The position numbers and the translations under genes were made by a program. A stretch of 64,000 nucleotides of DNA from Chiloscyllium plagiosum (Eukaryota): positions 15,141,585 through 15,205,584 of the forward strand of contig NC_057752.1 in assembly GCF_004010195.1 (NCBI RefSeq), in the 5' to 3' direction. This document shows, in pieces, positions 39,975 through 52,155 of the stretch (positions are counted from its first letter, which is position 1; the number at the start of each line of letters is the position of its first letter). Below the pieces are notes generated by a model that was not told where the DNA came from, did no database searches, and saw only the letters and a program-made list of their open reading frames with translations.

Positions 39975-41300
39975 CCCACCCAGCACCACCCTCTTCCACT
40001 TGGCTGAGCTCATCTTCACCCTCAACAACTTCTCTTTTAACTCCTCTCATTTTCTTCAGGTTGGGGTGGGGGGGAATGTTGTGCCCTGGGTATGCACATG
40101 ACCCCTAGTTATGCCTGTCTCATCATGAAATATGTGGAACATTCCTTGTTCCAGTCCTATTCTGGCCCCCACCCACAACTCTTTCTTGGATATATTGATG
40201 ATATCATTGGTGCTGCTCGTCGAGAATTGGAATGGTTTACTGATTTTGTTTCCAATTTCTACCTTGCCCTCACTTTCACCTAGTTTATCCTCTCTTCCAG
40301 CCTTCCCTTCTTCGACACCTGTTTCCATTTCTGGGGATAGACTGGCCACCAATATCGACGTTTCGGGCAAAAGCCCTTCATCAGGATTCCTGATGAAAGG
40401 CTTTTGCCCGAAGCGTCAATTTTCCTGCTCCTCGGATGCTGCCTGACCTGCTGTGCTTTTCCAGCGCCACTCTGATCTAAACTCTTGTTTCCAGCACCTG
40501 CAGTCCTCACTTTTGCCTGGCCACCAATATCCACAATAAACCCATCGACTCCCACAGCTACCTGGACTACACATCCTCCCACTCTGTTTCCTGTAAAGAC
40601 TTCATTCCATCCTCCCATTGTATATGTTCCGACGAGGCCAACTTCGATAAGGGCGCCTCTGAAATGTCCACCTTTTTTTTTTAGATTAGATTACATTACA
40701 GTGTGGAAACAGGCCCTTCGGCCCAACAAGTCCACACCGACCCGCCGAAGCGAAACCCACCCATACCCCTACATTTACCCCTTACCTAACACTACGGGCA
40801 ATTTAGCATGGCCAATTCACCTGACCCTGCACATCTTTTGGACTGTGGGAGGAAACCGGAGCACCCGGAGGAAACCCACGCAGACACGGGGAGAATGTGC
40901 AAACTCCACACAGTCAGTCGCCTGAGGCGGGTATTGAACCCGGGTCTCAGGCGCTGCGAGGCAGCAGTGCTAACCACTGTGCCACCGTGCCGCCCACCTT
41001 CTTCCTCAACCAAAGATTCCTCAGCACCGTTGTTGAGCGTCGACTGCGTGACTGCTTCACAGAACACCTACGTTCTGTCCGCAAAAAAGACTTCCAATTG
41101 CCTTCCACTTTAACACAACATCTGACCAACATCTCTGTCTCAGGCTTGCTGCAGTGCTCCAGTGAAGCTCAGTGCAAGCTGGAAGAACATTTCCTAGCTA
41201 CCATCAGGTCTGTGGAAGGGTCACTTGACCTGAAAAGATCACTCTGATTTCTCTCCACAGATGCTGCCAAACCTGCTGAGCTTTTTGATCGCTTTCTATT
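39975..41300 (+). mobile_element. Degenerate Penelope-like element (RT and GIY-YIG remnants) with nested palindromic insertion and SINE
   Basis: PSYACLIMKYVEHSLFQSYSGPHPQLFLGYIDDIIG (RT YIDD) and RRLRDCFTEHLRSVRK (GIY-YIG). Confidence 0.85.
40681..40996 (-). mobile_element. Young full-length HE1-type V-SINE
   Basis: Complete head (gggcggcacggtggcacagtggttagc) and tail; CpG-rich. Confidence 0.92.
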
Positions 41301-43794
41301 TGTGTCTCTGTTTGCTGGAGAAAGATTGGGTGAAATTAAAGAGGTTTTACATCCAAGTGAATTGTTAACTGGCCTGAATGGGAGGTATCAGAGGTTACTG
41401 GGTAACTAAGTATGGAAGTTGCAGAGGATTTGACCAATCTTTCAATATCTGGATATACCAGCGAACTAGACAATTATAATGTTACAGCCCTGTTTCTTTT
41501 TAGAAAAAGGAGATGGTTAAACCTAGCAATTGCAGACCAGGCAACACTGCTGGTGGGGAAAACTTTCGAGGCAATCACCTGAGGCAAAGTGGTTTGGCAT
41601 TTGGAAAAATGCAGCGTAATACAGCATGAATTTGTTGAAGGCAGATTGTGTTTGGCCATTGAGTTATTAAATGAAATAGCAAACAGGGTTAACGAGGCTA
41701 ATGCAGTTGCTGCTGTGTTTGTGGATGTTTTAAAGATACCTGATTAAGCTTCACACACACTTGTTGTCAAACTTAAACTCGTGGGATTATGGGGACCCTT
41801 TTGACATGTATAGAAATGCGGTTAAGAACCAGAAGCAGGGGGTAGTGGTAACCAGTTGTTCTTCAGACTGGAAGGGTGTGTGCTCTGGTGTTCCTGGTAT
41901 TGGTGTTCAGACCACTGCTGTTTTAGAGATATGCCCTCTCAGATTTTCCAATCAGGATTGGAACCCCAATTTCCAATTCTGATTGTACACAAAAAAAAAA
42001 GTACTTTCAGAGACGATCAACATAACCCCCTAACAAATAGGAACAGGAGTAGGCCATTTAGCCCTAGACTACCCCACCTTTCTACAAGATCATGGCTGAT
42101 CTGCCCAGGCTTCAACTCTTCTTTTGTGCCAGCTCCTCATAGCCTTGATTGTTCAAAAATCTATCAACCACCTCTTTCTATACTTTCAATGATCTCGTCT
42201 CCGCAAGTCTCTGCGGTAGAAACTTCTAGACATTCACTAGACTCTGAGAGAAGAAATTTCCTTCACAGCTCAGTGACAGAATAAGGGGACACTTTTTTAA
42301 AACTATACCCCCTAGTTCAACATTTCCCTGCTATTGGAAAAATCTTTTCAACATCTACCCTGTCAAGCCCCCTCAGAATCTTGCAAATTACAATAATCTT
42401 GCAATAATGTTCGAAGAATCTTGCATTCTTCTAAGCTCTAACGAATAATGGCCTAACCTGCTTTGCTGTTTTTAATAAGTCAACCCCTTCGTCCCAGAGA
42501 TCAGCAGAGTGAATCACTTTTCAACTGCCATCAATGCCAGAACATATTTTCTTAAATGTTCACAATAATCCAGGTGTTGGCCTCATCAACAGCCTGTACA
42601 ATCATAACAGGTCTTCTGCTTTTAAACTCCAATACCCTGGAAATAAAAATCAAAATTCCATTTGCCTTTTTAGTTACTATGCCTGATAATTTTTTGTGTT
42701 TCACGCACAAGAATACCCAGCCCCCTCTGTGCTGCACATTTTTGGAATCTCTATCTGTTTCAATAATAGTCTGTCTTTTCATTCGTCCTACTAAAGTGCA
42801 TGACCTCATACTTTCCTAATAAACTCCAGCTGCCAATTGTTTTCCCACTCACTCAACATATGTATCTAACAGATCGCTTAGGTCCTCATCACAACATGCC
42901 CTGTCACCTATTTCTGTATCACTAGTAGATTTGGAAACATTACTCTCTGCCCCCTCCTCCAAGTCATTAACAGAGATAGTAAATTATCTATAATTACATA
43001 AACAGGATAGGTTTGGAGGGATATGGGTCAGGAGCAGGCTGGTGGGACTAATTTAGTTTGAGATTATGGTCAGCATGAACTGGTTGGACCGAAGGGTCTG
43101 TTTCCATGTAGTATGACTCTCTGAATGATCCTTGTTATACTTCACTAGTTACAGCTTTCTAAAAAAGACCCATTAATCCCAACTCAGTCTTCTATTTGTT
43201 CACAAATCCTTAATGCATGCTAATATAGTGCCCTCCAATACCTTGCAATCCTATCTTATGCAATATGTGATATCTTATCAAATGCCTTCTGAAAAACCAT
43301 TTACTGGTTCCCCTTTCTCAAGGCTGCTCATTGATTCTTCAAACGAACAAAACCAATTTGTCGAACATGATTTCCTTTTCACAAAACCGTGTTAACTCTG
43401 TTTGATTACATTAAGCTTTTCTAAATTTCCTCCTTTTTTTCCTTAATAATGTACTCCAGCATTTCCCAACACCAGAGGTTAGGTTAACTCGTCTATAATT
43501 GCCCGCTTTCAGTCTTTGAACAGGGGCAGTTTTCCAATCTGCTTGAATCCTCCTAGAATCCACTGAAGCCTGGAATATTTTGCTCAACGCTTCACTAACT
43601 CTGCAGCCACTTCCTTTAAAATCCTTGGATATGGGTCATCAGGTCCTGACAACTTGTCCACGTTTTGTTTCATGAGTTGATTACTTTATCCTGTTTCCTC
43701 CCATTAGCACCTTGCTTCTAGGATATATTGGGATGTTTATAGTGTCCATGAAGACTAATGCAAAATATTGGTTTCAATTTCAAGGTTTCAGCCT

Positions 43795-44700
43795 TGAGCC
43801 ATTATCTGTGTGGAGTTTACACATTCTCCCCATGTCTGCATGGGATTCCTTCAGGTGCTCCGGTTTCCTCCTACAGCTCAAGGGTGTGCAGGTTAGGGTG
43901 GATTGGCCATGCTAAATTGCCCCATAGTGCCCAGGAATGTGCAGGTTAGGGTGGATTGGCCGTGCTAATTTATCCCATAGTGTCCAGGGATGTGCAGGTT
44001 AGGGTGGATTGGCCATGCTAAATTGTCCCATAGTGTCCAGGTATGTGCAGGTTAGGATGGATTGGCCATGCTAAATTGTCCCGTAGTGTCCAGGGATGTG
44101 CATGTTATGGTGGATTGGCCATGCTAAATTGTCCCATAGTGTCCAGGGATGTGCAGGTTAGGGTGGATTGGCCATGCTAAACTGTCCTAGTATCCAGGGA
44201 TGTGCAGGTTATGGTGGATTGGCCATGCTAAACTGTCCCGTCGTGTCCAGGGATGTGCAGGTTAGGGTGGATTGGCCGTGCTAAATTGTTCCATAGTGTC
44301 CAAGGATATGCAGGTCAGGGTGGATTGGCCATGCTAAACTGTCCCGTAGTGTCCAGGGATGTGTAGGTTAGGGTGGATTGGCCATGCTAAATTGTCCCGT
44401 AGTACCCAGGGATGTGCAGGTTAAGGTGGATTGACCGTGCTAAATTGTCCCATAGTGCCCAGGGATGTGTAGGTTAGGGTGGATTGGTCATGCTAAATTG
44501 ACCCATAGTGTCCAGGGATGTGCAGGTTAGGGTGGATTGGCCGTGCTAAATTGTCCCATAGTACCGAGGGATGTGCAGGTTAGGGTGGATTGGCCGTGAG
44601 AAATATTGAGATACAGGGATAAAGTGGGAGGGTGGGGCTGTGTGGGATGCTCTTTGGAGAGTCAATGCCAACGCGACAGTCACTGTAGGGATCCTCTGAT
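43795..44700 (+). repeat. HE1-type SINE with a 53-bp internal unit amplified to about 14 tandem copies (~43880-44598)
   Basis: Unit cagggatgtgcaggttagggtggattggccatgctaaattgtcccatagtgtc, flanked by SINE body and tail. Confidence 0.9.
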
Positions 44701-46169
44701 TATCTATTTCCCTGTTCCTTATTATTGATTCTCCAGTCACATCCTCCAAGGGTCCTGCACTCATACTTTAGCTTTCTCTTTCTCTAAAAGCTCTTGCTGT
44801 TGGTTTTTATATTTCTGGTTATTTATTTTCATAATAAAGGTTCTTCCATTTTACTCGCTTTTTATTCCTCTGCTGCTGGGTTCTGAAAACAACCTCAATC
44901 CTCTGGTCGATCACGCGTATTCACTGCGTTGCACACTTTAATCTTTGATAGGATACGTTCCTTGATCACCTTTGTTCACCACAGGTTCCTTCCTTCTCGT
45001 TGAGTCATTCTTTTTAATCAGGATAAATTTTTGCTGAGTCTTATAAACTATTGAATGATCTGCTTGAACACTCCCTGAGAAATTCCTGTCCAGGAAGCTT
45101 TTCTCCTGAAGCAGAGTAAATAGGTCCTAGGAATCCTGAAAAATTAAGGAGTGGAGAGGATGAGCATATGGATGAGTGCTCACGGTAGGTCAGGGAAGAA
45201 GGTGCCCAGTCTGGTGGGTGTTGGGGTGGGGGGTGAGAAGGGAGGGTGTGCCAGGGGCTCAGTTTAATAGTCACTTGGGAGTTCAAGCAGGTTTTTAATC
45301 CTCTAACCTTTCCTGGGTAACTAATAGGTGAGTTGGAACCCAGTGAATATCCAACTTGAACATCTGCTAATGGAAGATTTCCTGTGTGGACAATTCCTGT
45401 GGAGTCAGCTGCGTCAACAATTCCACATGGTCCCTACGCACGACTCTATGCTAATGTCACAACAACTGTGTCATTGGCACTTCTGGACCAAAAAAGACTC
45501 AGACTTGGTAAAATGCTCAAGTTGACAGATGACACAAAACTCAGAGATGTATTAAACAATGAGGAGGATAGGAGCAGGCTTCAGGAGAAAAGGCAGAGAG
45601 GGAGACATTCTGGTGAGAGAATGCAAGGCACTCAAAAGCAAAAGAAGAATGTAGCTCCTTTTCCAACCTCTCCTTGGGGCATGGTACAGAGCAGATCCAT
45701 CTTCGCCCCTAGATGGAGGCTGGGAATTGAACCTCTCATTTCATTTTGTCCCCATTGGACCCGGAACTGTTGCCTTTCTTGCTGGCTATCCTTCAAAATT
45801 AAATGTGAGAAATCATTGGGCTCTTCGGCCTTGGAGTGCTCCACAGCAGAGTTTTCCCAATGCCTTTGCACAGAGTTCCTAGCAGAAGTGCATGGATAGC
45901 GCACGGTGCTGAACCCTGACTGATTTTCAGAGCTATCACAATTCCAACCAGCAATATTCCATGGTTTATTTTAACCTCTTTCAGATTCACAAACAGACCA
46001 ACATTAAGCTGAAAGATTCAGAAATGGTTAACAAGTAAGCATTCACATGTGAAGATTCCAGAATGCTGGGGATCAAGTAATGTGTGATTAATATTGTAAG
46101 TACAAAGTCCGAATCAGAAACTGGGAAGTGGAGACTGAATGATACTTATCACTCAGTTCCCCTATTTAC

Positions 46170-46580
46170 AGAGTGGTGCTGGAAAAGCACATCTGTATCC
46201 AAGGAGCAGGAGAATCGATGTTTCGGGCATAAGCCCTTTATCAGGAAAGTGGGAGCGGCCCAAGGAAGGATCCTTGTAGAGAGAGGCACCACCCTCCTGA
46301 CCTATCCATCACCTTTCCCATCTATCTGCTTCACCCTCCTCTCCGATATATCACCTTCTCCCCCACCTTCATTTCCCTATCGCATTCCCAGCTACCTTTG
46401 CCCCAGCCCCAACCCCCTCCCAATCTCTCAACCTCCTTGAGCCACCCCCTTATTCCTGATGAAAGGTTTATTCTCCAAATGTCGATTCTGCTGCTCCTCA
46501 GCTGCTGCCTGACCTGCTGCGCTTTTCCAGCACCACACACTCAACCCTGATCGCCAGCATCTGCAGTGCTCACTTTCTCC
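46170..46580. mobile_element. Older Penelope-derived insertion with inverted termini
   Basis: Minus-oriented arm at 46170-46245 and plus-oriented end at 46450-46580. Confidence 0.7.
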
Positions 46581-47004
46581 CCTGTTTACAGACCCAGACT
46601 TCACATTGTCTGATTTCTAGCCCCTGAAAGCTGGGGGGGGGGGGGAGAAAAATCTCTGGACTATAATGAAGGATTTTCCAAGGCGGAGACATAAGCAAGC
46701 CGTTCATGTCTGACTGTGCTTCCCAGATTTTGTTTGAATTCATTTGGGGACTGGCTGGATCAGCATTTATTGCCCATCTCTCCTTGCCCTTGAGAAGGTG
46801 GTGGTGAACTGCCTTTGGTCCATGTGCTGTAGGTAAACCCACAATGTCATAAGGGAGGAAATTCCAGGATTTTGACCCAGTGACACTGAAGGAACTGTAA
46901 CATACCTCCCAGTCATGATGGTGAGTGGAACTTGCAGGTGCTGGTGTTTCCTAGTCTTTGTCCTTCCAGTGGTTGTGAGTTTGGGAGGTGCTGTCTACAG
47001 CCAT

Positions 47005-47234
47005 TGTGAAAAGGTCCAGCAGGTGGATCTAATAGAATATGAGTTGCCCGATTGGGGCTGTTAACCGTGCCCAATCAGGGAGCCCTGGCAGACAGTTATA
47101 AACAGGAGTGTCAGGTGGTAGTGTAGGGGGGAAAAAAGAAAAAAAAGAAAATGAGCTGGCTCTCATGCACGTGTACCATGCACGTGTAAATAAAGTGATG
47201 GTGATGGGTTACAGGCATCTGTGGAGTTATTTCA
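47005..47234 (+). mobile_element. Solo-LTR-like element
   Basis: TG...CA ends, tataaa and AATAAA; related sequence in reverse orientation at ~61350-62245. Confidence 0.55.
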
Positions 47235-47671
47235 CTGTCTAAAGATCCTTGGCAAGTTATTGTTGAGCTATGTATATAATTCAACAGAGGTCATTCCCTG
47301 AGAGAACGGGCAGAAAACATCAGGTATAGTATTCCTGCCTCAGTAGAAGGTAATGAGCAGAAATCCCTAGATTCTCAAAGGTGGAGAGAGGCCTGAGTAA
47401 GGCCTCAATTCAGTTGGTACTAGCCAGCTGGCCCAAGTATTCCTGGGAGTCATGCATCAAATGATGTATTATGGTTTACTAGAGACTACTGAATGGAAAT
47501 GATTCACAGCAAGATGTAAGCTCATATTTTTCAACCAAAGAACACTGATTGTAGCTCTAAAGTGCATTATGAAGCATGTTGAGATGTCCTGAAACTATGC
47601 AAGGGTCAACTGAAATGCATTATCCTGAAATGCATAAACTGGCTCTCGTACTAATTTTACAGAAAGACAGG

Positions 47672-48017
47672 AAATCATAGAATCCCTACAATGTGGAAGC
47701 AGGCATTCCGCCCATTGAATCCACACCGACCCTGTGAAGAGCATCCCAACCAGATCCACGCCCCTCCCCAACACCCCATTCCCTGCATTCCCCATGTCTA
47801 ATCTACTTAGCCTGTACATCCCTGGAAACTACGGGGCAATTTAGTATGGTCAATACACCTAACTTGTGGGAGGAAACCGGACCATCCAGAGGGAACCTAC
47901 GCAGACACGGGTAGAACATGCAAACTCCACACAGACAGTTGCCCAAAGTTGGGATTGGACTTGAGTCCCGGGTGCTGTGAGGCAGCAGTGCTAACCACTG
48001 AGCCACCGTGCTGCCCC
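47672..48017 (-). mobile_element. HE1-type V-SINE
   Basis: SINE consensus on the minus strand. Confidence 0.85.
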
Positions 48018-48427
48018 AAAACTGATTTTGTCACAAGTTCACCAAAGTGTCATAGTGTGTCCAGCAGTGCCTCATGCTATGTTAAAGGCAGTGTCAAAAT
48101 ACTTCTATAACTTCTGAATTTTCAGAACAGTAATTCCAATCTTAAGGCCTTTCTTCCTGGACCATTTTTCATGCCTGACGTTTTGAACAGTTCAGAAAAT
48201 CTCCCAAGTAGCATAACGAGTGAGTCACTGGGTTACAGAAACATCAACATATACATCAATTTGATACATAACAAGAATTAAACCTCCAACAATTCCTTGT
48301 AATTAGACCACCAAAAGATTCCGAAGCCATAGGGTCATGCTGTATAAAAAGGAAAGCCATTTTTCTCTCTCTCCTGCGAAGATATTGAAGAAAGCCTGAG
48401 AGACCTGGTGGTGGTCTTGATTTTCAT

Positions 48428-48634
48428 TCACATGTGGATGCCTGGCACTTTCACTGCAACAGTCTCAGGGCAGCTTTTGCTGTTGAGGTGGTTGCTATTC
48501 GTGGGCTGGGTGAGCATATATCTTGCGATCTCTGTCACAGACGTTGCATTGGAGTGTGAGATATCTGTGCTTGTTAATTGGTGGCTGCATTGGACCTTGT
48601 ACTGTGACCACTGCCTTTTAAACGCACTTTGCAC
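48428..48634 (-). CDS. calcrl2: Calcitonin receptor-like GPCR, last exon: helix 8 and C-tail (VQSAFKRQWSQYKVQCSHQLTSTDISHSNATSVTEI...KVPGIHM*)
   Basis: Acceptor ctttttcctttag|GTG. Helix 8 resembles CALCR VQTTVKRQWAQFKIQ and CALCRL VQAILRRNWNQYKIQ; TGA stop. The paralogue label is inferred from the divergent tail and linkage to SPRYD3. Confidence 0.88.
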   Translation of the reverse strand: MQSAFKRQWSQYKVQCSHQLTSTDISHSNATSVTEIARYMLTQPTNSNHLNSKSCPETVAVKVPGIHM

Positions 48635-49702
48635 CTAAAGGAAAAAGGCCCTGTTAGTCCAAACATATCTCAGTGACCAGAATGTCAACAAGCTTCCACT
48701 ATTTGTGAGAGCAATATTGAGCAAATACCTCTCATTGTTCTTGCCTCACATGGGAACACTGCACATTAGGCAGAAAGGAGGGAAACTGTACTGCATTGGC
48801 CAGTTTTTTTCAAGACCTCTCCGGGCTGGAATTTTCTCAGAGGACTGCTCTAAGTCAGCATGTACAATGATAGACACAAGAGTCTGCTGCAGAGGCCTAC
48901 CAGCACCCAGAGCTTCCTCTCTCTACTCCAGCAGAGAAGGCTGGTGACCACTCCCCTCTGCATGACTGGAAACTGGGCTGGGGAGATGGGGTATCCACTG
49001 ACCATCCAAGTATCACCTTCAGGCGAATGAGAGCAGTAATGTCAATCTTACAGAGTAGCAGCATGGAGGGGAGGCTTCACTAAAGCCATTATTGCCTTTT
49101 ATAGATAGTATGGCTATTGTTGGACTCTTGACAACTTTGAAACATCAGCCTTTGAGGTTCTTCCAGCTGCACATCGGGAGAAGATTCAGCAGATTGCTGG
49201 CTGGGACCTCTGATGGGAGGCTGGAGTTTGGCAGAGCAAGAGGTGATCACCTCAAGATTCTGAAGGGGCTTTTTGGGGCGGATACTGAGAAGTTATGTCC
49301 CCTGGTTGGGGAACCTGGAACATGAGAAAAGGGATTGATCATTTCAGACTGAGATGTGGAGAAATGTCTTCACTCAGAAGGTTGTGAATCTTTGGGATTC
49401 TCTGCCCCAGAAGGTGTGGATGCTCAATTATTGAATCGATTCAAGGCTGGCACAGACAGATGTTTGGTCTCATGGAATCGACAGAGAGAGGGTGGAAAAG
49501 TGGAGTCGAGAATGAAGATCAGCCATGATCATATTGCCTGGCAGGGATGTACCAAGTCCTCTGTTCCTCCTATTTCTGATATTTTGTAACAACTACTATA
49601 GTTGAATCAGCTAAAGTTTTCTTGAAGGTAGAGACCCTGCCCAAGCCCCGTAACAGCTGGGTAGTCCCAGGGCCAAAACCAAAGCAAGGCGTGAGTGTAC
49701 AT

Positions 49703-49890
49703 CAGACGCTGGAGATGAGAGTCAAGATTAGAGTGGTGCTGGAAAAGCACAGCAGATCAGGTAGCATCCGAGGAGCAGGAAAATCGATGTTTCGGGCAAA
49801 AGCCATTTCCTGATGAAGGGTTTTTGCCCAAAGCGTCGATTTTCTGGCTCCTCGGATGCTACCTGACCTGCTGTGCTTTTCCAGCACCAC
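49703..49890. mobile_element. Palindromic Penelope-derived insertion (diverged arms)
   Basis: Head-to-head arms around ttcctgatgaaggg. Confidence 0.8.
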
Positions 49891-50484
49891 GCGAATGAAT
49901 ACAAAGCTAGTTCATCCCAAGGTTATGATTCCTGAGCAACAGGCTCTTGCAGTCAGTGTGTCCAGTGTTGCATACAGCAGATTGGGAAGTTAGTGAGCAA
50001 TCCCCAATCATTTATAATTCATAGACTCAAGTTCCCACTGACATCCTGGTCCCCAAAAAGTAGAGACGGTGGTATAGTGGCCTAGAGGGCCAGGTTAATG
50101 CCCTGGGGACATGGGTTCATGGCATCTGGAATTTAAATTCGTTGACTAAATTGAAATATAAAGTTGGCCTCACCATCATCAATTGCCGTAAAAACTCATC
50201 TTGTGCACAAATGTCCTTTAGGGAAGGAAATTGCTGTCCTTATCTGGCCTGGCCTACATGTGACTCCAATATGTTCAATTCTTAACTGTCTTCTGAAATG
50301 GCCAAGCAAGCCCCTCAGTTCAAAGGCAACAAGGGATGGACAACAAATGCCGGCCTTCCCCACGATGCCAGCATCCCACGAAAGAATAAATTAAAACCAT
50401 CCCAGATGAGCAATCTTGGCAGCAGAAACATTGTACTAGGAACAGGAATTCGACTTGAATGGGCATTGTGGAGGTCAAACTCAC

Positions 50485-50526
50485 CTCTCCATTATAAAAG
50501 CAGAATATCGTTGTCACTGGTATCGC
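50485..50526 (-). CDS. calcrl2: Calcitonin receptor-like GPCR, 42-bp TM7 exon (AIPVTTIFCFYNGE)
   Basis: Acceptor ctttctttcacag|, donor GAG|gtgagt. The 42-bp exon typical of class B GPCRs (CALCRL GLLVSTIFCFFNGE). Confidence 0.92.
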
Positions 50527-50741
50527 CTGTGAAAGAAAGCAGATTTATTTGTCACTTCGCTGCATTTGAGAGTTCCCTATCCAGTCAAGCCCAGTCATTC
50601 TCCCAGCTCTGGGAGATCAAGTCTGTCAGGTATTTCAGTTCAGAAGCAGCTAACCCTCTGCAATTTGGAATGGGCTGGACTGTTCAAATGTGAAGAATCA
50701 GTTGTGCGTGAATTAGTCACACTGGAACAGGAACAGACTTC

Positions 50742-50956
50742 GAGGAGAAAGTGAGGTCTGCAGATGCTGGAGATCAAAGTTGAAACTTTATTGCTGGAAC
50801 AGCACAGCAGGTCAGGCAGCATCCAGGGAACAGGAGATTCGACGTTTCGGGCACAGGCCCTTCTTCCTGAAGAAGGGCCTGTGCCCGAAACGTCGAATCT
50901 CCTGTTCCCTGGATGCTGCCTGACCTGCTGTGCTGTTCCAGCAATAAAGTTTCAAC
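50742..50956. mobile_element. Perfect-hairpin Penelope-derived insertion
   Basis: 88-bp perfect inverted arms 50779-50866 and 50869-50956; TSD aggaacagacttc. Confidence 0.9.
50867..50894 (+). ncRNA. Minimal type I hammerhead ribozyme core
   Basis: CTGAAGA-A-GGGC-CTGT-GCCC-GAAA-C-GTC: complete catalytic core, stem II, palindromic ACGT stem III, GUC cleavage triplet. Confidence 0.7.
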
Positions 50957-51285
50957 AGGAACAGACTTCTCAAGTAGGTTACAATGTGGTTTAGGGGATC
51001 TAGGAACATGAAAGTCAGTAAATCATTGATATGACAAGGACCATAGTCCATCAAATTGACCTTGGAACATGCTGATATTTGCGTGATCCATCGCCTGGCT
51101 CTCTCTCCTTATGGATTAGTTCCCCACCCACAAGCTGGTAACATCAGACAGTGACCAATTGGACTGTGGAGCTCTGCATGTGAGGAAGTCCCAGGAACAA
51201 CCTGGATCCTATCTCGCGAATGGGGATACATCGAGGGAAGGGTGGTTGTTTGGGAGTGTGGGTCTACTGTGCCATCATGATATAG

Positions 51286-51495
51286 CTGAAACTTTATTGC
51301 TGGAACAGCACAGCAGGTCAGGCAGCATCTAGGGAACAGAAGATTCGACGTTTCGGGCACATGCCCTTCTTCAGGAAGGGCATGTGCCCGAAACGTCGAA
51401 TCTTCTGTTCCCTAGATGCTGCCTGACCTGCTGTGCTGTTCCAGCAATAAAGTTTCAGCTTTGATCTCCAGCGTCTGCAGACCTCACTTTCTCCT
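51286..51495. mobile_element. Perfect-hairpin Penelope-derived insertion
   Basis: 86-bp perfect arms 51284-51369 and 51375-51460; TSD ccatcatgatatag. Confidence 0.9.
51347..51374 (-). ncRNA. Minimal type I hammerhead ribozyme core
   Basis: Reverse complement CTGAAGA-A-GGGC-ATGT-GCCC-GAAA-C-GTC; same sense as the GPCR pre-mRNA. Confidence 0.7.
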
Positions 51496-52155
51496 CCATC
51501 ATGATATAGTGTTACCAATATACAGGTTTGCAGTACAAAACAGATCATGGCCTATAGACTGGAAACAAACAGAGCTGAGATATCACCAGAACATCTGCTG
51601 GACAGAACCAGATGGATAGGCAGATTACAGTTGTTTTTAAATCTGTGGTACGGTATCCCCATTTAGGCTCCAAACTTAAATTCAAGGATGCCAACTGTTT
51701 TATCTGAGTTGCAATGTTAAACAAAATCAAACCACTTCTCTGCTTTTTCCAGAGTGTTGCCCTCATGAGACATCCTTCAGCATCTCAGCCAAGTGACAAG
51801 CAGGAGTCACTGCACAGTGGTCAGGAGCAGCACCCCAAGGCTAATTTTGCACCAATACCAAATCTAAGCCTGTTTCAGATGAGAGCAGCTCAGTCCCCAA
51901 ACAGAGCCTGGGATCTTCCTCTGTCCCCTCTGTGTAGGGTAGCTGGTGATGCACACTAGTGATACTTTGCCCTATACATGCCCCAGCTGTATGCCCATTG
52001 CTCATGATTCAGGTGGTTTGTGAGCGGCACAAAGGTAGGGTTTGGATTGGTTTTACGGCAGACAGCATGTCAATAGGGCTCAGCCCTCACCCTAACAGGA
52101 AGCTGGGCATTGGTCATGGTCTGGTTGTCCACCAGAATCCATGAGGATACTTTAC

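Noticed and set aside
43880..44598. CRISPR-like regular array
   Set aside because: No unique spacers, no cas genes, eukaryotic context; the unit is a SINE segment.
45384..45899. 171-aa ORF
   Set aside because: Contains a CR1 RT scrap (KLTDDTKL) and no recognisable host domain or splice support.
50742..51495. miRNA precursors or DNA-transposon MITEs
   Set aside because: Arms match the Penelope terminal sequence found attached to GIY-YIG coding fragments elsewhere in the window, and the TSDs are 13-14 bp with asymmetric ends.
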